A stretch of 64,000 nt of DNA from Candidatus Woesearchaeota archaeon (GTDB lineage: Archaea > Nanobdellota > Nanobdellia > Woesearchaeales > SKIA01), in assembly GCA_046704725.1 (NCBI GenBank), contig JBJKRI010000008.1:32001-96000 (forward strand), given 5' to 3'. The position numbers were made by a program, and so were the translations under genes. The number at the start of each line of letters is the position of its first letter. Position 1 is the stretch's first letter. Below, in pieces: positions 19,266-28,161 of this stretch. The notes beneath the pieces are model-generated. The model was not told the origin of the DNA. It ran no database searches and was given only the letters and a program-made list of their open reading frames with translations.

Positions 19266-19296
19266 GGTTTATAAGTGCGGAGGGGTTCCGAAGACT

Positions 19297-19385
19297 GCCT
19301 CCGTGGCTCAGTGGTAGAGCAGCTGCCTTGTACGTTCACGCCCAAGGAAAGCAGCAGGTCCCGCGTTCGAATCGCGGCGGGGGCT
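19297..19385 (+). tRNA. tRNA-Thr(UGU) with 17-nt intron at 37/38 (19333-19349)
   Basis: Acceptor stem GCCTCCG/CGGGGGC, anticodon stem GCTGC/GCAGC, TTCGAAT loop, discriminator T, TTTATAAG at 19268. Confidence 0.9.
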
Positions 19386-19387
19386 TC

Positions 19388-19834
19388 CTATCTCTCGGGG
19401 GAGACCCGCGGTCGCACAGTCCCGTACGGTGAGGCGGGGAACCAGACTGTGAAGTTGTTGTAGTAGTATGGGGATTCGCGGCCGTCGCGTTCGCAGACCG
19501 TGGCCTCGCTGAAGGCGAGGATGAAACCGCCCGCCGCGTATTGCTGGAAGACCCCGTCGCTTTCGGGCACCTGTGTCAGGTGATGGGTGCCGCCGCTGAA
19601 ACCATAGTCGCGCCAGCCCCATTCGTTATCGATACCGAACGGGTCCTGTGCCATTGGCTTGACGTAGCAGTATGTCGGGACGTTCGTCCAGGCCTCCAAG
19701 GCGATCTGCTGGCCCTGCACGATGGGCATGACGCTCTGGATACGCGGCCGGTGATGCGGGCCCTCGATGTCATAACAGCCCGCAAGGAGCGCCGCTAGCC
19801 CTGCCGCAGCCCCGACGCGCGCCGTCCACCCCAT
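19388..19834 (-). CDS. Hypothetical lipoprotein
   Basis: Lipobox-like LLAGC after a hydrophobic N-terminus. Confidence 0.6.
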   Translation of the reverse strand: MGWTARVGAAAGLAALLAGCYDIEGPHHRPRIQSVMPIVQGQQIALEAWTNVPTYCYVKPMAQDPFGIDNEWGWRDYGFSGGTHHLTQVPESDGVFQQYAAGGFILAFSEATVCERDGRESPYYYNNFTVWFPASPYGTVRPRVSPER

Positions 19835-20811
19835 GCAGGGAGCATGCTTTCTTGGCTTTTATGGCTTTGCTCGAATGCCATGAGACAATGCAGGAGAGCG
19901 TTCGTCTCGGCCTTGTTCGGACGACGGTAATCCCCGTTCCTCAGGTCGGGACGATGGACGATCGTCTCCTCGCGGATGCGCTTGAGCACACGTCGCCAGC
20001 CCACGTCCACGACAGGTATCGGCGTGTTGAACGTCCGCACGCCGTACGCGCGCCTCGCCGCGAGCTCGGCGATACGGAGCACGAAGACGTCAGCGTGGGT
20101 GAGCGCGACGAGCAGTTCCGTGGTCCTTGATGTTCTGGGCGGGTCGGGCCTGACATATCCGTTGTTGTCCACGAGTACGTACTGCTTGCGATGCAGCCAC
20201 GGCGGAGAACCCGAATCGTACGAGAACACATCGCCTCTATCCACCGCTGCCTCGATTGTCGCCGCAAAGCCACCCAAGGATGCTGATGGGATGTTCTTCG
20301 CGATGATAGTGATATTTCCCCTGTGGGGCTTGAAGACGTCCAGGACGATGCCATCGGGTCCGGTGAAGCGATTCTTGTCCTTGGACTGCTCCTGGACCGC
20401 TCGTTTCAGCCAGCCCATGTCACGGGCCTCGGCGTCGATCACGTCGCTCGTATTGTAGAAATAGCGTTTCGCCCGTGAACCGATGATCGCGCCGACATAG
20501 CTGGCAGGAACCTCTCTTCCGCCGTCGTGGAGCGTGAGGCGAAGATGCTCCAATGGGGATTGCCGTTTGTCCCGGATGCGGCCGCCGGTGATCGCGCTGC
20601 GGAAGATCCCCCGGTCAACGCCCGGGTACCTGCCTGAAGGATGGGCGAAGCGATACGGTATCGCGTGCAATCCATGCGAGAAATACGTGGCGACCTTCAC
20701 GGCGAGTCCTTCCGCGTCGTCTGGAAACCCCTCGAACATGCCTTCTCGCTCGAGCTGCTCTTTTCGCTCGCGCATGCTGTCGATCAGGTATTTCGGCGCT
20801 TCGCGTCCCAT
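19795..20811 (-). CDS. Hypothetical protein
   Basis: 338-aa ORF filling the gap; no motif recognised. Confidence 0.5.
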   Translation of the reverse strand: MGREAPKYLIDSMRERKEQLEREGMFEGFPDDAEGLAVKVATYFSHGLHAIPYRFAHPSGRYPGVDRGIFRSAITGGRIRDKRQSPLEHLRLTLHDGGREVPASYVGAIIGSRAKRYFYNTSDVIDAEARDMGWLKRAVQEQSKDKNRFTGPDGIVLDVFKPHRGNITIIAKNIPSASLGGFAATIEAAVDRGDVFSYDSGSPPWLHRKQYVLVDNNGYVRPDPPRTSRTTELLVALTHADVFVLRIAELAARRAYGVRTFNTPIPVVDVGWRRVLKRIREETIVHRPDLRNGDYRRPNKAETNALLHCLMAFEQSHKSQESMLPAWGGRRASGLRQG

Positions 20812-20886
20812 GCGAGCGGGAATACGCCTGGCTTCTTAGTCCTATCGCGCGCAACATATTTAAACGGCGCTCTGCGGGGCAAGAGC

Positions 20887-21510
20887 GTGAACATCACTTT
20901 TCTCGGGGCTCCTGGCAGCGGCAAGGGCACGCAGGGCACGCGCCTCGCGAAACGTCTGGGCATCCCGCACATCAGCACGGGAGACCTGCTCAGAGAGATC
21001 GCTGCTTCGGGCAGCGAGCTCGGAAAGGAGGTGGCTGCCATCATGGAGCGGGGAGACCTGGTCTCTGACGAGTTGCTCATGCGCGTGCTCAAGCAGCGCT
21101 TGGAGACCGCTGAGCACGCGAACGGATTCATCCTGGACGGCACGCCGCGCAACCTCGAGCAGGCGCGGCTCATAGAGGGGTTCGCGCCCATCGACCACGC
21201 GATCCTCGTTGATGTGCCCGATAGCGTCGTGGAGAAGCGCATCGGCGCGCGGCGCGTCTGCCCCAAGGACCATCGCGAGTACAACCTGCTCTTCAATCCC
21301 CCCAAGGACGACGGCGTGTGCGACGACTGCGGAACGGCGCTCGTGCAGCGGCATGACGACACGCCCGAAGGCGTGGCGCACCGGCTCGAGGTCTATCACT
21401 CGCTCACCGAACCAGTCATCGCGTTCTACGAGGAGAAGGGCTGCTTGCTGCGCGTGGACGGCGACCGGCCCATAGAGGATGTCGCGGCGGACATCAACGG
21501 ACAGTTCTAG
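20887..21510 (+). CDS. adk: Adenylate kinase (LID-containing type)
   Basis: GTG start after TATTTAAA; LGAPGSGKGTQ, HISTGDLLR, GFILDG.PR, LID with Cys residues. Confidence 0.95.
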   Translation: MNITFLGAPGSGKGTQGTRLAKRLGIPHISTGDLLREIAASGSELGKEVAAIMERGDLVSDELLMRVLKQRLETAEHANGFILDGTPRNLEQARLIEGFAPIDHAILVDVPDSVVEKRIGARRVCPKDHREYNLLFNPPKDDGVCDDCGTALVQRHDDTPEGVAHRLEVYHSLTEPVIAFYEEKGCLLRVDGDRPIEDVAADINGQF

Positions 21511-22433
21511 GATAGCCAGGCCGCCAGGCAGACGGTGGCGTAGCAGCCGGGACCGAGCGTGAGATGCACAGTGACGGTGTCGCCGTCGCGCTCTAGGCGT
21601 TTCTTGCGGATATCCATGCGTAGGGCGCGCAGCTCGCCTTCTTGGGTGAGGTGCGGCAGCGCCGTGATGCGGAAGTCCTGCATGCGCAGTCCCGCCTCGT
21701 CGAGGAGCGGGATGTACTGTTGTTCCCAGTCGCCGAGCGGCTGCGCAGCACCTGGAAGCGGCACCTGCAGGTCGGGCAGCTCTTTTGGGAAACGCAGCGT
21801 GCCGTGCCGCCATTTCGCTGTGTGCATAGAGCCGTGCTCGGCCACCCACGCCGAGACCGCCCGGTTCCACAGCCAGGACTGGACGGCGTGCAGGTACAAG
21901 AGCAGGATGCGCTGGTTGGCATGTTGAAGCGCCCGCAACGCCGAGGAAACGTCTTCCACAGGCTGTCCAGTGATTGTTGCGGCGACAGTCTTGTAGTCCT
22001 TCTTGAGCAATGCGAGCCCGAGCTCGACGTTATGCTCGGAGAAGCGCTGGTCACCGAAGTAGTTCGGGACGGCGACGTCGTGCACCCCTTTGACCTCGCG
22101 TGCGACAATCGTGAAGCGGTTCGCCTCGAGCTCGCCGAGATGGAGCGGTTCGTCCGTGAAACCGGCATGCTCGAGCGCGATGCCTTCGGGGGCGGATAGC
22201 TCCTTGGGAGCTGTGATGTATTGGCTTGTCACGGCGCGCTTGTCCTTGAGCCCGGCGTACCGGATGGCTCTTTGGGGCAGTCCGTTGCGGGACGCTAACC
22301 GCTGGACGAGCTCGGTCGTGGTCATATCGCGCTTTGTCGCGCGGTAGACGACGTATTTTCCCACGTCTTTCCAGATCCTAGACGGTGCTTCCTCCACACG
22401 GAAATCCTCGGGTTCGGTCTTGATTTTCACCAC
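21507..22433 (-). CDS. truD: tRNA pseudouridine(13) synthase
   Basis: PEDFRVEE, YAGLKDKRAVTSQ, PNYFGDQRF, GCYAT. Confidence 0.93.
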   Translation of the reverse strand: MVKIKTEPEDFRVEEAPSRIWKDVGKYVVYRATKRDMTTTELVQRLASRNGLPQRAIRYAGLKDKRAVTSQYITAPKELSAPEGIALEHAGFTDEPLHLGELEANRFTIVAREVKGVHDVAVPNYFGDQRFSEHNVELGLALLKKDYKTVAATITGQPVEDVSSALRALQHANQRILLLYLHAVQSWLWNRAVSAWVAEHGSMHTAKWRHGTLRFPKELPDLQVPLPGAAQPLGDWEQQYIPLLDEAGLRMQDFRITALPHLTQEGELRALRMDIRKKRLERDGDTVTVHLTLGPGCYATVCLAAWLS

Positions 22434-22535
22434 GGAGATGCGAAGAACGGCAGCTATTTAAGTAGCCATCGCGAACCTTATTCGGTGGAGCCGAACCAAT
22501 CTTTATATACACTTTCGTATAATAGTATACTTCCT

Positions 22536-23243
22536 ATGACGCGTTCCTGCGACATGCACGTGCACACGGTCTACTCGCACGACTGCAGCACGCCCCTGCT
22601 CGCCCTCAAGCACCTGGCACGAAAACACGACCTAATCGTCGCTATCACCGACCACAACCAGATCGGCGGCTCGCTCGCGGCAAGCGCACTGGGCATGGAC
22701 GTGATACCAGCCATAGAGGTCACGACCAAGCGGCTCAAGGACTTCCTCGTCTACTTCCACGACCAGGACAACCTCATCGACTTCTACGACCGCTACGTAC
22801 GGCCAGCAAAAGACCCTGGCATTATCTGGGGGAGCAGAACCACGCTCAGCGAGCACGAGCTGCTCGACGCCGCACGGCACTATGACAGCATGGTCAGCCT
22901 CGCGCACCCCTACTGCCCCGTGCCCAAGCGCAGCGCACACCTACCCCTCGACATGCTCGAACGCCTCGACGGAATCGAGGTCATGAACTTCGCGATGAGC
23001 CCGCGCGCGAACCTACGGGCGGCGACGCTCTGCGACGACCTGCGGAAGATACACACGGCGGGATCGGACAGCCACCATCCCGACACCTTCGGCATGGTGC
23101 TCACGCGGGCGGACGGCGAGACTCCCTCGGAATTCCTCTCGAACGTCCGGAAAGGGAACTCCATGATCGTGGGCATGCCGCGGCGCACGCGCGACGTCGT
23201 GGACAAGGTCCGGCAGTTCGTCAGCTACAAGATGTCGAACTGA
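22536..23243 (+). CDS. PHP domain metal-dependent phosphoesterase
   Basis: DMHVHT, AITDHN, AHPY, GSDSH. Confidence 0.9.
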   Translation: MTRSCDMHVHTVYSHDCSTPLLALKHLARKHDLIVAITDHNQIGGSLAASALGMDVIPAIEVTTKRLKDFLVYFHDQDNLIDFYDRYVRPAKDPGIIWGSRTTLSEHELLDAARHYDSMVSLAHPYCPVPKRSAHLPLDMLERLDGIEVMNFAMSPRANLRAATLCDDLRKIHTAGSDSHHPDTFGMVLTRADGETPSEFLSNVRKGNSMIVGMPRRTRDVVDKVRQFVSYKMSN

Positions 23244-23286
23244 AATCAAGCGACAGCAATAAAAGCCACTGCATTGTGGCACGCGT

Positions 23287-24480
23287 ATGGATATCAAGGA
23301 GAGCGCCGTCAGGCTGCACGAACGCCACCAAGGAAAGCTCGGGACGACGACGCTCGTGCCCCTGAAGACGCGCCGCGACCTGTCGCTCGCGTACACGCCA
23401 GGCGTGGCCGAGCCGTGCCTGCGCATCGCCAAAGACAAGAGCCTCGCCTATGACTATACTCTGAAAGGGCGGACGGTCGCTGTAGTGACGGACGGAAGCG
23501 CAGTCCTCGGCCTGGGGAACATCGGCCCGGAAGCGAGCCTGCCAGTCATGGAAGGCAAGTGCGCGCTCCTCAAGGAATTCGCCGGCGTGGACGCCGTGCC
23601 CATCGCGCTCTCCACACAGGACCCTGACGCCATCATCGAGACCGTCGAACGCCTCGCGCCGACGTTCGGCGCGATCATCCTCGAGGACATCAGCGCGCCG
23701 CGCTGCTTCACCATCGAGAAGGAGCTCAAGAAACGCCTGGACATCCCGGTCTTCCACGACGACCAGCACGGCACGGCAATCGTCGTGGCAGCCGCGCTGC
23801 GCAACGCGCTGAAAGTGGTGGGAAAGCGCTTCTCGGACGTACGCATCGTCATCAACGGCGCGGGAGCGGCGGCACAAGCCATCACGCGCATCCTCTGCGG
23901 AGGAGTCTGCCCGAACGTCATCCTCGTTGACCGCACCGGAGCCATCTACAATGGAAGGGAGAAGCTCGATGAGCACAAGCGAGCCATCGCGAGAAAGACG
24001 AACCCCGAACGACGCAAAGGAAAGCTGTCGGACGTCATCGAAGACGCCGACGTCTTCATCGGCGTATCCGCGCCCAACGTGCTCACGAAAGAGATGGTGG
24101 AGCGCATGGCGGACAACCCCATCGTCTTCGCGCTCGCAAACCCCGACCCCGAGATCGATCCCGCCCAGGCCGCGGCCGCCGGGGCGGCGGTCATCGCGAC
24201 AGGACGGAGTGACCACCCGAACCAGATCAACAATGTATTGGCATTCCCGGGAATCATGCGCGGTGCATTGCAGGTGCGCGCGACATCCATCACCGAAGGC
24301 ATGAAGCAGGCGGCGGTGGACGCGATCGCATCGCTCGTGGAGCCCACGACTGATCGCATCGTGCCAGACCCGTTCGACGCCCGCGTCGCGCCAGCCGTGG
24401 CCAAAGCCGTGGCGAAGGCCGCGAAAGAAGACGGTGTGGACCGGGCCCGGGGGGATTCGAACCCCCGACCTACAGCTTAG
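23287..24480 (+). CDS. NAD(P)-dependent malic enzyme
   Basis: LSLAYTPGVAEPC, PVMEGK, FHDDQHGTA, GAGAA, ALANPDPEI, NQINNVLAFPG. The stop codon lies inside the antisense tRNA. Confidence 0.93.
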   Translation: MDIKESAVRLHERHQGKLGTTTLVPLKTRRDLSLAYTPGVAEPCLRIAKDKSLAYDYTLKGRTVAVVTDGSAVLGLGNIGPEASLPVMEGKCALLKEFAGVDAVPIALSTQDPDAIIETVERLAPTFGAIILEDISAPRCFTIEKELKKRLDIPVFHDDQHGTAIVVAAALRNALKVVGKRFSDVRIVINGAGAAAQAITRILCGGVCPNVILVDRTGAIYNGREKLDEHKRAIARKTNPERRKGKLSDVIEDADVFIGVSAPNVLTKEMVERMADNPIVFALANPDPEIDPAQAAAAGAAVIATGRSDHPNQINNVLAFPGIMRGALQVRATSITEGMKQAAVDAIASLVEPTTDRIVPDPFDARVAPAVAKAVAKAAKEDGVDRARGDSNPRPTA

Positions 24481-24545
24481 GAGGCTTTAGCGGAGAAGCC
24501 TGCTATCGGTTCCCTGTCGCTCCATCCAGACTGAGCTACGGGCCC
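24442..24545 (-). tRNA. tRNA-Arg(CCU) with 29-nt non-canonical intron at position 28/29 (24487-24515)
   Basis: Reverse complement: GGGCCCG-TA-GCTC...GAGC-G-AC|intron|AGC-CT-CCT-AA-GCTGT-AGGTC-GGGGG-TTCGAAT-CCCCC-CGGGCCC-G. BHB-like helix AGCG/CGCT with ACA and AAA bulges. Confidence 0.88.
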
Positions 24546-25471
24546 AACAACGCCAGCAATTCGTTTGCTCGACGCCTCTTATCGGGATGTGCGAGCGGAA
24601 AGGTCCTTAAAAAGGTTCGTATAGCATCGTGGCGCCGAATCTGCAAATCCCAAGTCACTGACACTGTATCCGTGGTCGGCGACTTCGCGACGCGGCAGTG
24701 CGGTTTGTACGCGTGCACCTCATATGCCTTGAGCAGTTCTCGCAATCTCATGATGAATTCCTCATCCTTGGATGTGAAATCGACGAAGTGCTGTCGGCAG
24801 TGAAACGGATCTTTCGGTAATGTGCCGTCCGCGTCGACGAGACCGGCGAAGTACCAAGGAAAAAGTGCAGGATGTTTTTCGATGAGATCAAGGATTCGCA
24901 AACGATGTTTTCTTCCCTGCGCAAAACCAAAAATGTGGTGGAAATACTCGTTGAGCGCTTTGCTCCCGACTGCAAGAACATGCTTTGGCTTGGTGCAGAG
25001 CGCTCCCTGAGATGCACGGTGAATTCCCCTGATTCCGAAGAGCTCGTGGCAGAGGTCATCCATGAGAAGCATTTGCGATTCGTATTCATCCACGAATGCG
25101 ATGCGTTTCTTGTTACGCTCGCAGCATCCATCGCCTTGCATATACCTGATAAAATACGCCAGTTTCGGGGTAAGAACAAACGGCAAGCGCACCTCCTTCC
25201 AACGATAGAAGAATAGCACATCCAGGGATTGAAGGTCCGAAACCAGACCTGGAACCTTCCTGTGAAGCGTTTTTATAACGAACAGCGGGTATCGCTTCCT
25301 CCGCATGTATCTGTTTATGGTCTGCCCTGATATTCCTATCTCGTTAGCCGAAAGAGGGTGCGCAAGCAGTGATTCGTTGACCCGCTCGCAGGGGACCTTG
25401 ATGGTCATCCGATCGGGGAGTCGGAGGATCACGTCCGGGATGGCGATTCGGGGCTCCGAAGGGAATATCAC
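24536..25471 (-). CDS. Free-standing two-motif LAGLIDADG (DOD-like) homing endonuclease homolog
   Basis: LAYFIRYMQGDG and YFAGLVDADG motifs; visibly more AT-rich than flanking DNA; TAG stop inside the tRNA 5' end. Confidence 0.8.
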   Translation of the reverse strand: MIFPSEPRIAIPDVILRLPDRMTIKVPCERVNESLLAHPLSANEIGISGQTINRYMRRKRYPLFVIKTLHRKVPGLVSDLQSLDVLFFYRWKEVRLPFVLTPKLAYFIRYMQGDGCCERNKKRIAFVDEYESQMLLMDDLCHELFGIRGIHRASQGALCTKPKHVLAVGSKALNEYFHHIFGFAQGRKHRLRILDLIEKHPALFPWYFAGLVDADGTLPKDPFHCRQHFVDFTSKDEEFIMRLRELLKAYEVHAYKPHCRVAKSPTTDTVSVTWDLQIRRHDAIRTFLRTFPLAHPDKRRRANELLALLGP

Positions 25472-25575
25472 CTACTTTAGATTTCTTCAATCCGTATTAA
25501 GCGCGGTGCTGGAGGCTGTCCAGTGCGATTTTTAAAAGGGAATGGTTTTTAAGAAGGCGCAGCGCCCTTACGAGA

Positions 25576-26559
25576 ATGAAGAAAGGCCTGTTGCTTGTCG
25601 CAGGACTCCTCGTCGGCGCCGCACTGCTCATCGGCGTCTTCTTCACGTTCCCGTTCAAGGACCTGCTCACGCTCCTGCTCGGCCTGCGGCTGCGCTATAT
25701 CTTCTTGTACCTCATCGTGAGCTTCGGCATCTTCTTGCTCCTCGTGCTGCGCTGGCACGTCATCTGCAGGAGCCACGGACTGCGCATTCCGTGGTGGCAC
25801 CTGGTCGGCTACCGCTATGTCGGGCACGCGATCAGCTTCATCACGCCAGGACCCAAAGTAGGCGGCGAGCCCGCGCGAGCCGCGCTCATGAAACGCGACG
25901 ACGTGAAACTGACCGTCGCGTTCAGCACCGTCATCGCCGACAAGACCATCGAACTCACGAGCTTCGGGCTCATGTTCGTGTTCGCCCTCGGATTCGCGCT
26001 GTTCACGCTCGACCTCTCGTTCCCCATAGAAGCCGGACTCGGGACCGCGTGCCTGATCGTGCTGGTCGTGATCAGCTACGGATTCATCGAGATGGCGCGC
26101 GGACGCGACCCCGTCATGCGACTGTTCCGCCTCCTGCGGCTGCACAAGATCAAGTGGCTGCGCCGCTACGAGAAAGAACTACGCGATTTCGAGAAGAACA
26201 TCCACGGATTCTACGGCGACAACAAGAAAGCGTTCTGGCTCGCGCAAGGAGTGAGCGCGCTCGCCTGGACAGCGTCGCTGCTCGAGTATCGGCTGTTGCT
26301 GCTCGCGCTGGGATTCACGGCGAGCTTCGCGCAGATATTCGTCATCTACAGCGTGGTCGGAGCGGCGTACACCCTGCCGGTACCGCTCGCGCTCGGGACG
26401 CTCGAAGCCTCGGAAGCGAGCGTGTTCTCCGCGCTCGACTTCCCAGCGGCGGCCGGAGCGGCATTGGCGCTCATCACGCGGGCGCGCGACCTGCTCTGGA
26501 CGCTCGTCGGTTTCGTGCTCATGGGCTATTACCGGATGGGATTCGGGGGAAAGAAGTGA
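25576..26559 (+). CDS. Lysylphosphatidylglycerol synthase TM / UPF0104 flippase-like membrane protein
   Basis: LRW, ITPGPKVGGEP.RA, PLALGTLEAS, multiple TM helices. Confidence 0.85.
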   Translation: MKKGLLLVAGLLVGAALLIGVFFTFPFKDLLTLLLGLRLRYIFLYLIVSFGIFLLLVLRWHVICRSHGLRIPWWHLVGYRYVGHAISFITPGPKVGGEPARAALMKRDDVKLTVAFSTVIADKTIELTSFGLMFVFALGFALFTLDLSFPIEAGLGTACLIVLVVISYGFIEMARGRDPVMRLFRLLRLHKIKWLRRYEKELRDFEKNIHGFYGDNKKAFWLAQGVSALAWTASLLEYRLLLLALGFTASFAQIFVIYSVVGAAYTLPVPLALGTLEASEASVFSALDFPAAAGAALALITRARDLLWTLVGFVLMGYYRMGFGGKK

Positions 26560-27647
26560 CAGGGGCTCTGAGGCTTTCCGACGCCTCGAAGAGAGTCATC
26601 AAAAAATGCATGTTCCCTGATGGGATGTACGCGGGGGCCACGCACTTCAAGGACTTGTGGGCACGCGACGCACTGTACGCGAGCTGGGGCGCATTGGCCG
26701 TCGATGAGACGCAGCCCGTGCTGCACACGCTCCAGACGCTCGAGAAACACCAGAAGGACGGCCAGATACCGCTGCGCGTGGGACGTAAGTCCGAACTCGC
26801 CATCTTCTTGGGACTGCCGTCGTCCAAAGGAGCGGTCTACAAGAACGACAAGACCGCGGACCCCGCGCTGGACCCGAACTCTTTGTACGTCATCACCGCA
26901 GAACGCTACACGGACGCCACCGGCAAGAGCGCGGTATCTGCAAAGAGCATTGAACAGGCGATGGAATGGCTCGCAAACCAAGACACGGACAATGACTCGC
27001 TGCTCGAGGAAGGGTCATACGCCTCATGGGATGATTGCCTCAAGAAACGCGGCGCGAGCATCTACAACAACGCGTGCTACTACGGTGCGCTGCGGGCAGC
27101 GGCAAAACTGACGGGGAACGCGACGTACATTAAGACTGCCAAGAAGGTCCGGAAGGCAGCGAACGAAGTCTTGTGGAACGGTTCGTCGTACGACAGCTGG
27201 AAAGGACGCCATATCCTGGACGTGGCGGGGAACCTGCTCGCCATCGAGTACGGCATGACAAACGCGACGCAGACGAACAGCATCTTGTCATCCATCGCGA
27301 AAGACATGGAGGCGTCGGGAGACGCGCTGCCGCGCACGAACTACCCCGCCTATCCGTGGACGGACGTGTACTTCCCCTTCTACCTCGTGGGGATGGGGGA
27401 TTACCACAACAACGGGCCGTACTGGACGTGGATCGCCGCCCTGGACGCGAAGGAGCGATTGACGCATGGCGATGCCGCACAAGGGGAGAAGGAGCTGCAG
27501 ACGTTGGGCGCTTGGGTGAACAAGACAGGCGTCATCGAGCTGTACAGCGCCCCCGAGAAACCGCTCCATCGATTGTTCTACAGCAGCGAGACGGACTTCA
27601 CCTGGGGCGCGGGGATGATACTCTACGCTACAACGGATCGTCCTTGA
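26556..27647 (+). CDS. Six-hairpin glycoside hydrolase (amylo-alpha-1,6-glucosidase/GDE-like)
   Basis: GTGA overlap start; AGATHFKDLWARD, GQIP, WDD, YHNNGPYWTW, FTWGAG. Confidence 0.75.
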   Translation: MTGALRLSDASKRVIKKCMFPDGMYAGATHFKDLWARDALYASWGALAVDETQPVLHTLQTLEKHQKDGQIPLRVGRKSELAIFLGLPSSKGAVYKNDKTADPALDPNSLYVITAERYTDATGKSAVSAKSIEQAMEWLANQDTDNDSLLEEGSYASWDDCLKKRGASIYNNACYYGALRAAAKLTGNATYIKTAKKVRKAANEVLWNGSSYDSWKGRHILDVAGNLLAIEYGMTNATQTNSILSSIAKDMEASGDALPRTNYPAYPWTDVYFPFYLVGMGDYHNNGPYWTWIAALDAKERLTHGDAAQGEKELQTLGAWVNKTGVIELYSAPEKPLHRLFYSSETDFTWGAGMILYATTDRP

Positions 27648-28161
27648 GATGCAAGAGATAGCCGAGGCGCTGGACGACTATCGTCAGGACGAACACCACG
27701 GCGATGGCGATGAGCACCCCGAGCCAATCCGACAGCCAGAGCGGGATAGTGACAAGCGCCGCCATGAGAAGGAAATCCACCTGGTCCCAGAAGAACAATG
27801 ACTTTCCCGGAGCGATGCCGAGCTGGCGCTTGACCGCGCTCTCCAAGGCGTCGCCGAACAATGCGGCGTACGCCATGAGCGTCCCCAAGAGGACGGAGAA
27901 CAAGCCGTAATCGATGAGCGCGAAGGACGTGAAGCCCGCGCCGAACAGCGCCTGCTGCGCCCAGAAGGCAAGAGTACCGGTGATTGTGCCAGCGAGCAGG
28001 CCGCGCCAAGTCTTGTGGCCGCCGAGCAAACGCTTCCCGCGCACCTTCAGTCCAAGATCGATGGGACTGGAGAGGAACGGGATGCGACGAACGAAGACAG
28101 GGGTCATGTTGGCGATATAGGCGGGGATGAAGAAATAGAGCGGAGAGAGCACATCGATCAT
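27628..28161 (-). CDS. carS: CDP-archaeol synthase
   Basis: PAYIANMTPV, PIDLG...RLLGGHKTWRG, GDALESAVKRQLGI.PG, DQVD. Confidence 0.9.
   Translation of the reverse strand: MIDVLSPLYFFIPAYIANMTPVFVRRIPFLSSPIDLGLKVRGKRLLGGHKTWRGLLAGTITGTLAFWAQQALFGAGFTSFALIDYGLFSVLLGTLMAYAALFGDALESAVKRQLGIAPGKSLFFWDQVDFLLMAALVTIPLWLSDWLGVLIAIAVVFVLTIVVQRLGYLLHLKDDPL

Noticed and set aside
19297-25471. Integrated element bounded by the two tRNAs
   Set aside because: No integrase or att duplication is visible, and the interval contains housekeeping genes (adk, truD, malic enzyme).
25542-26555. 701-aa fusion ORF 25542-27647
   Set aside because: The N-terminal half is an out-of-frame shadow of the 25576-26559 membrane gene; the hydrolase starts at GTG 26556.
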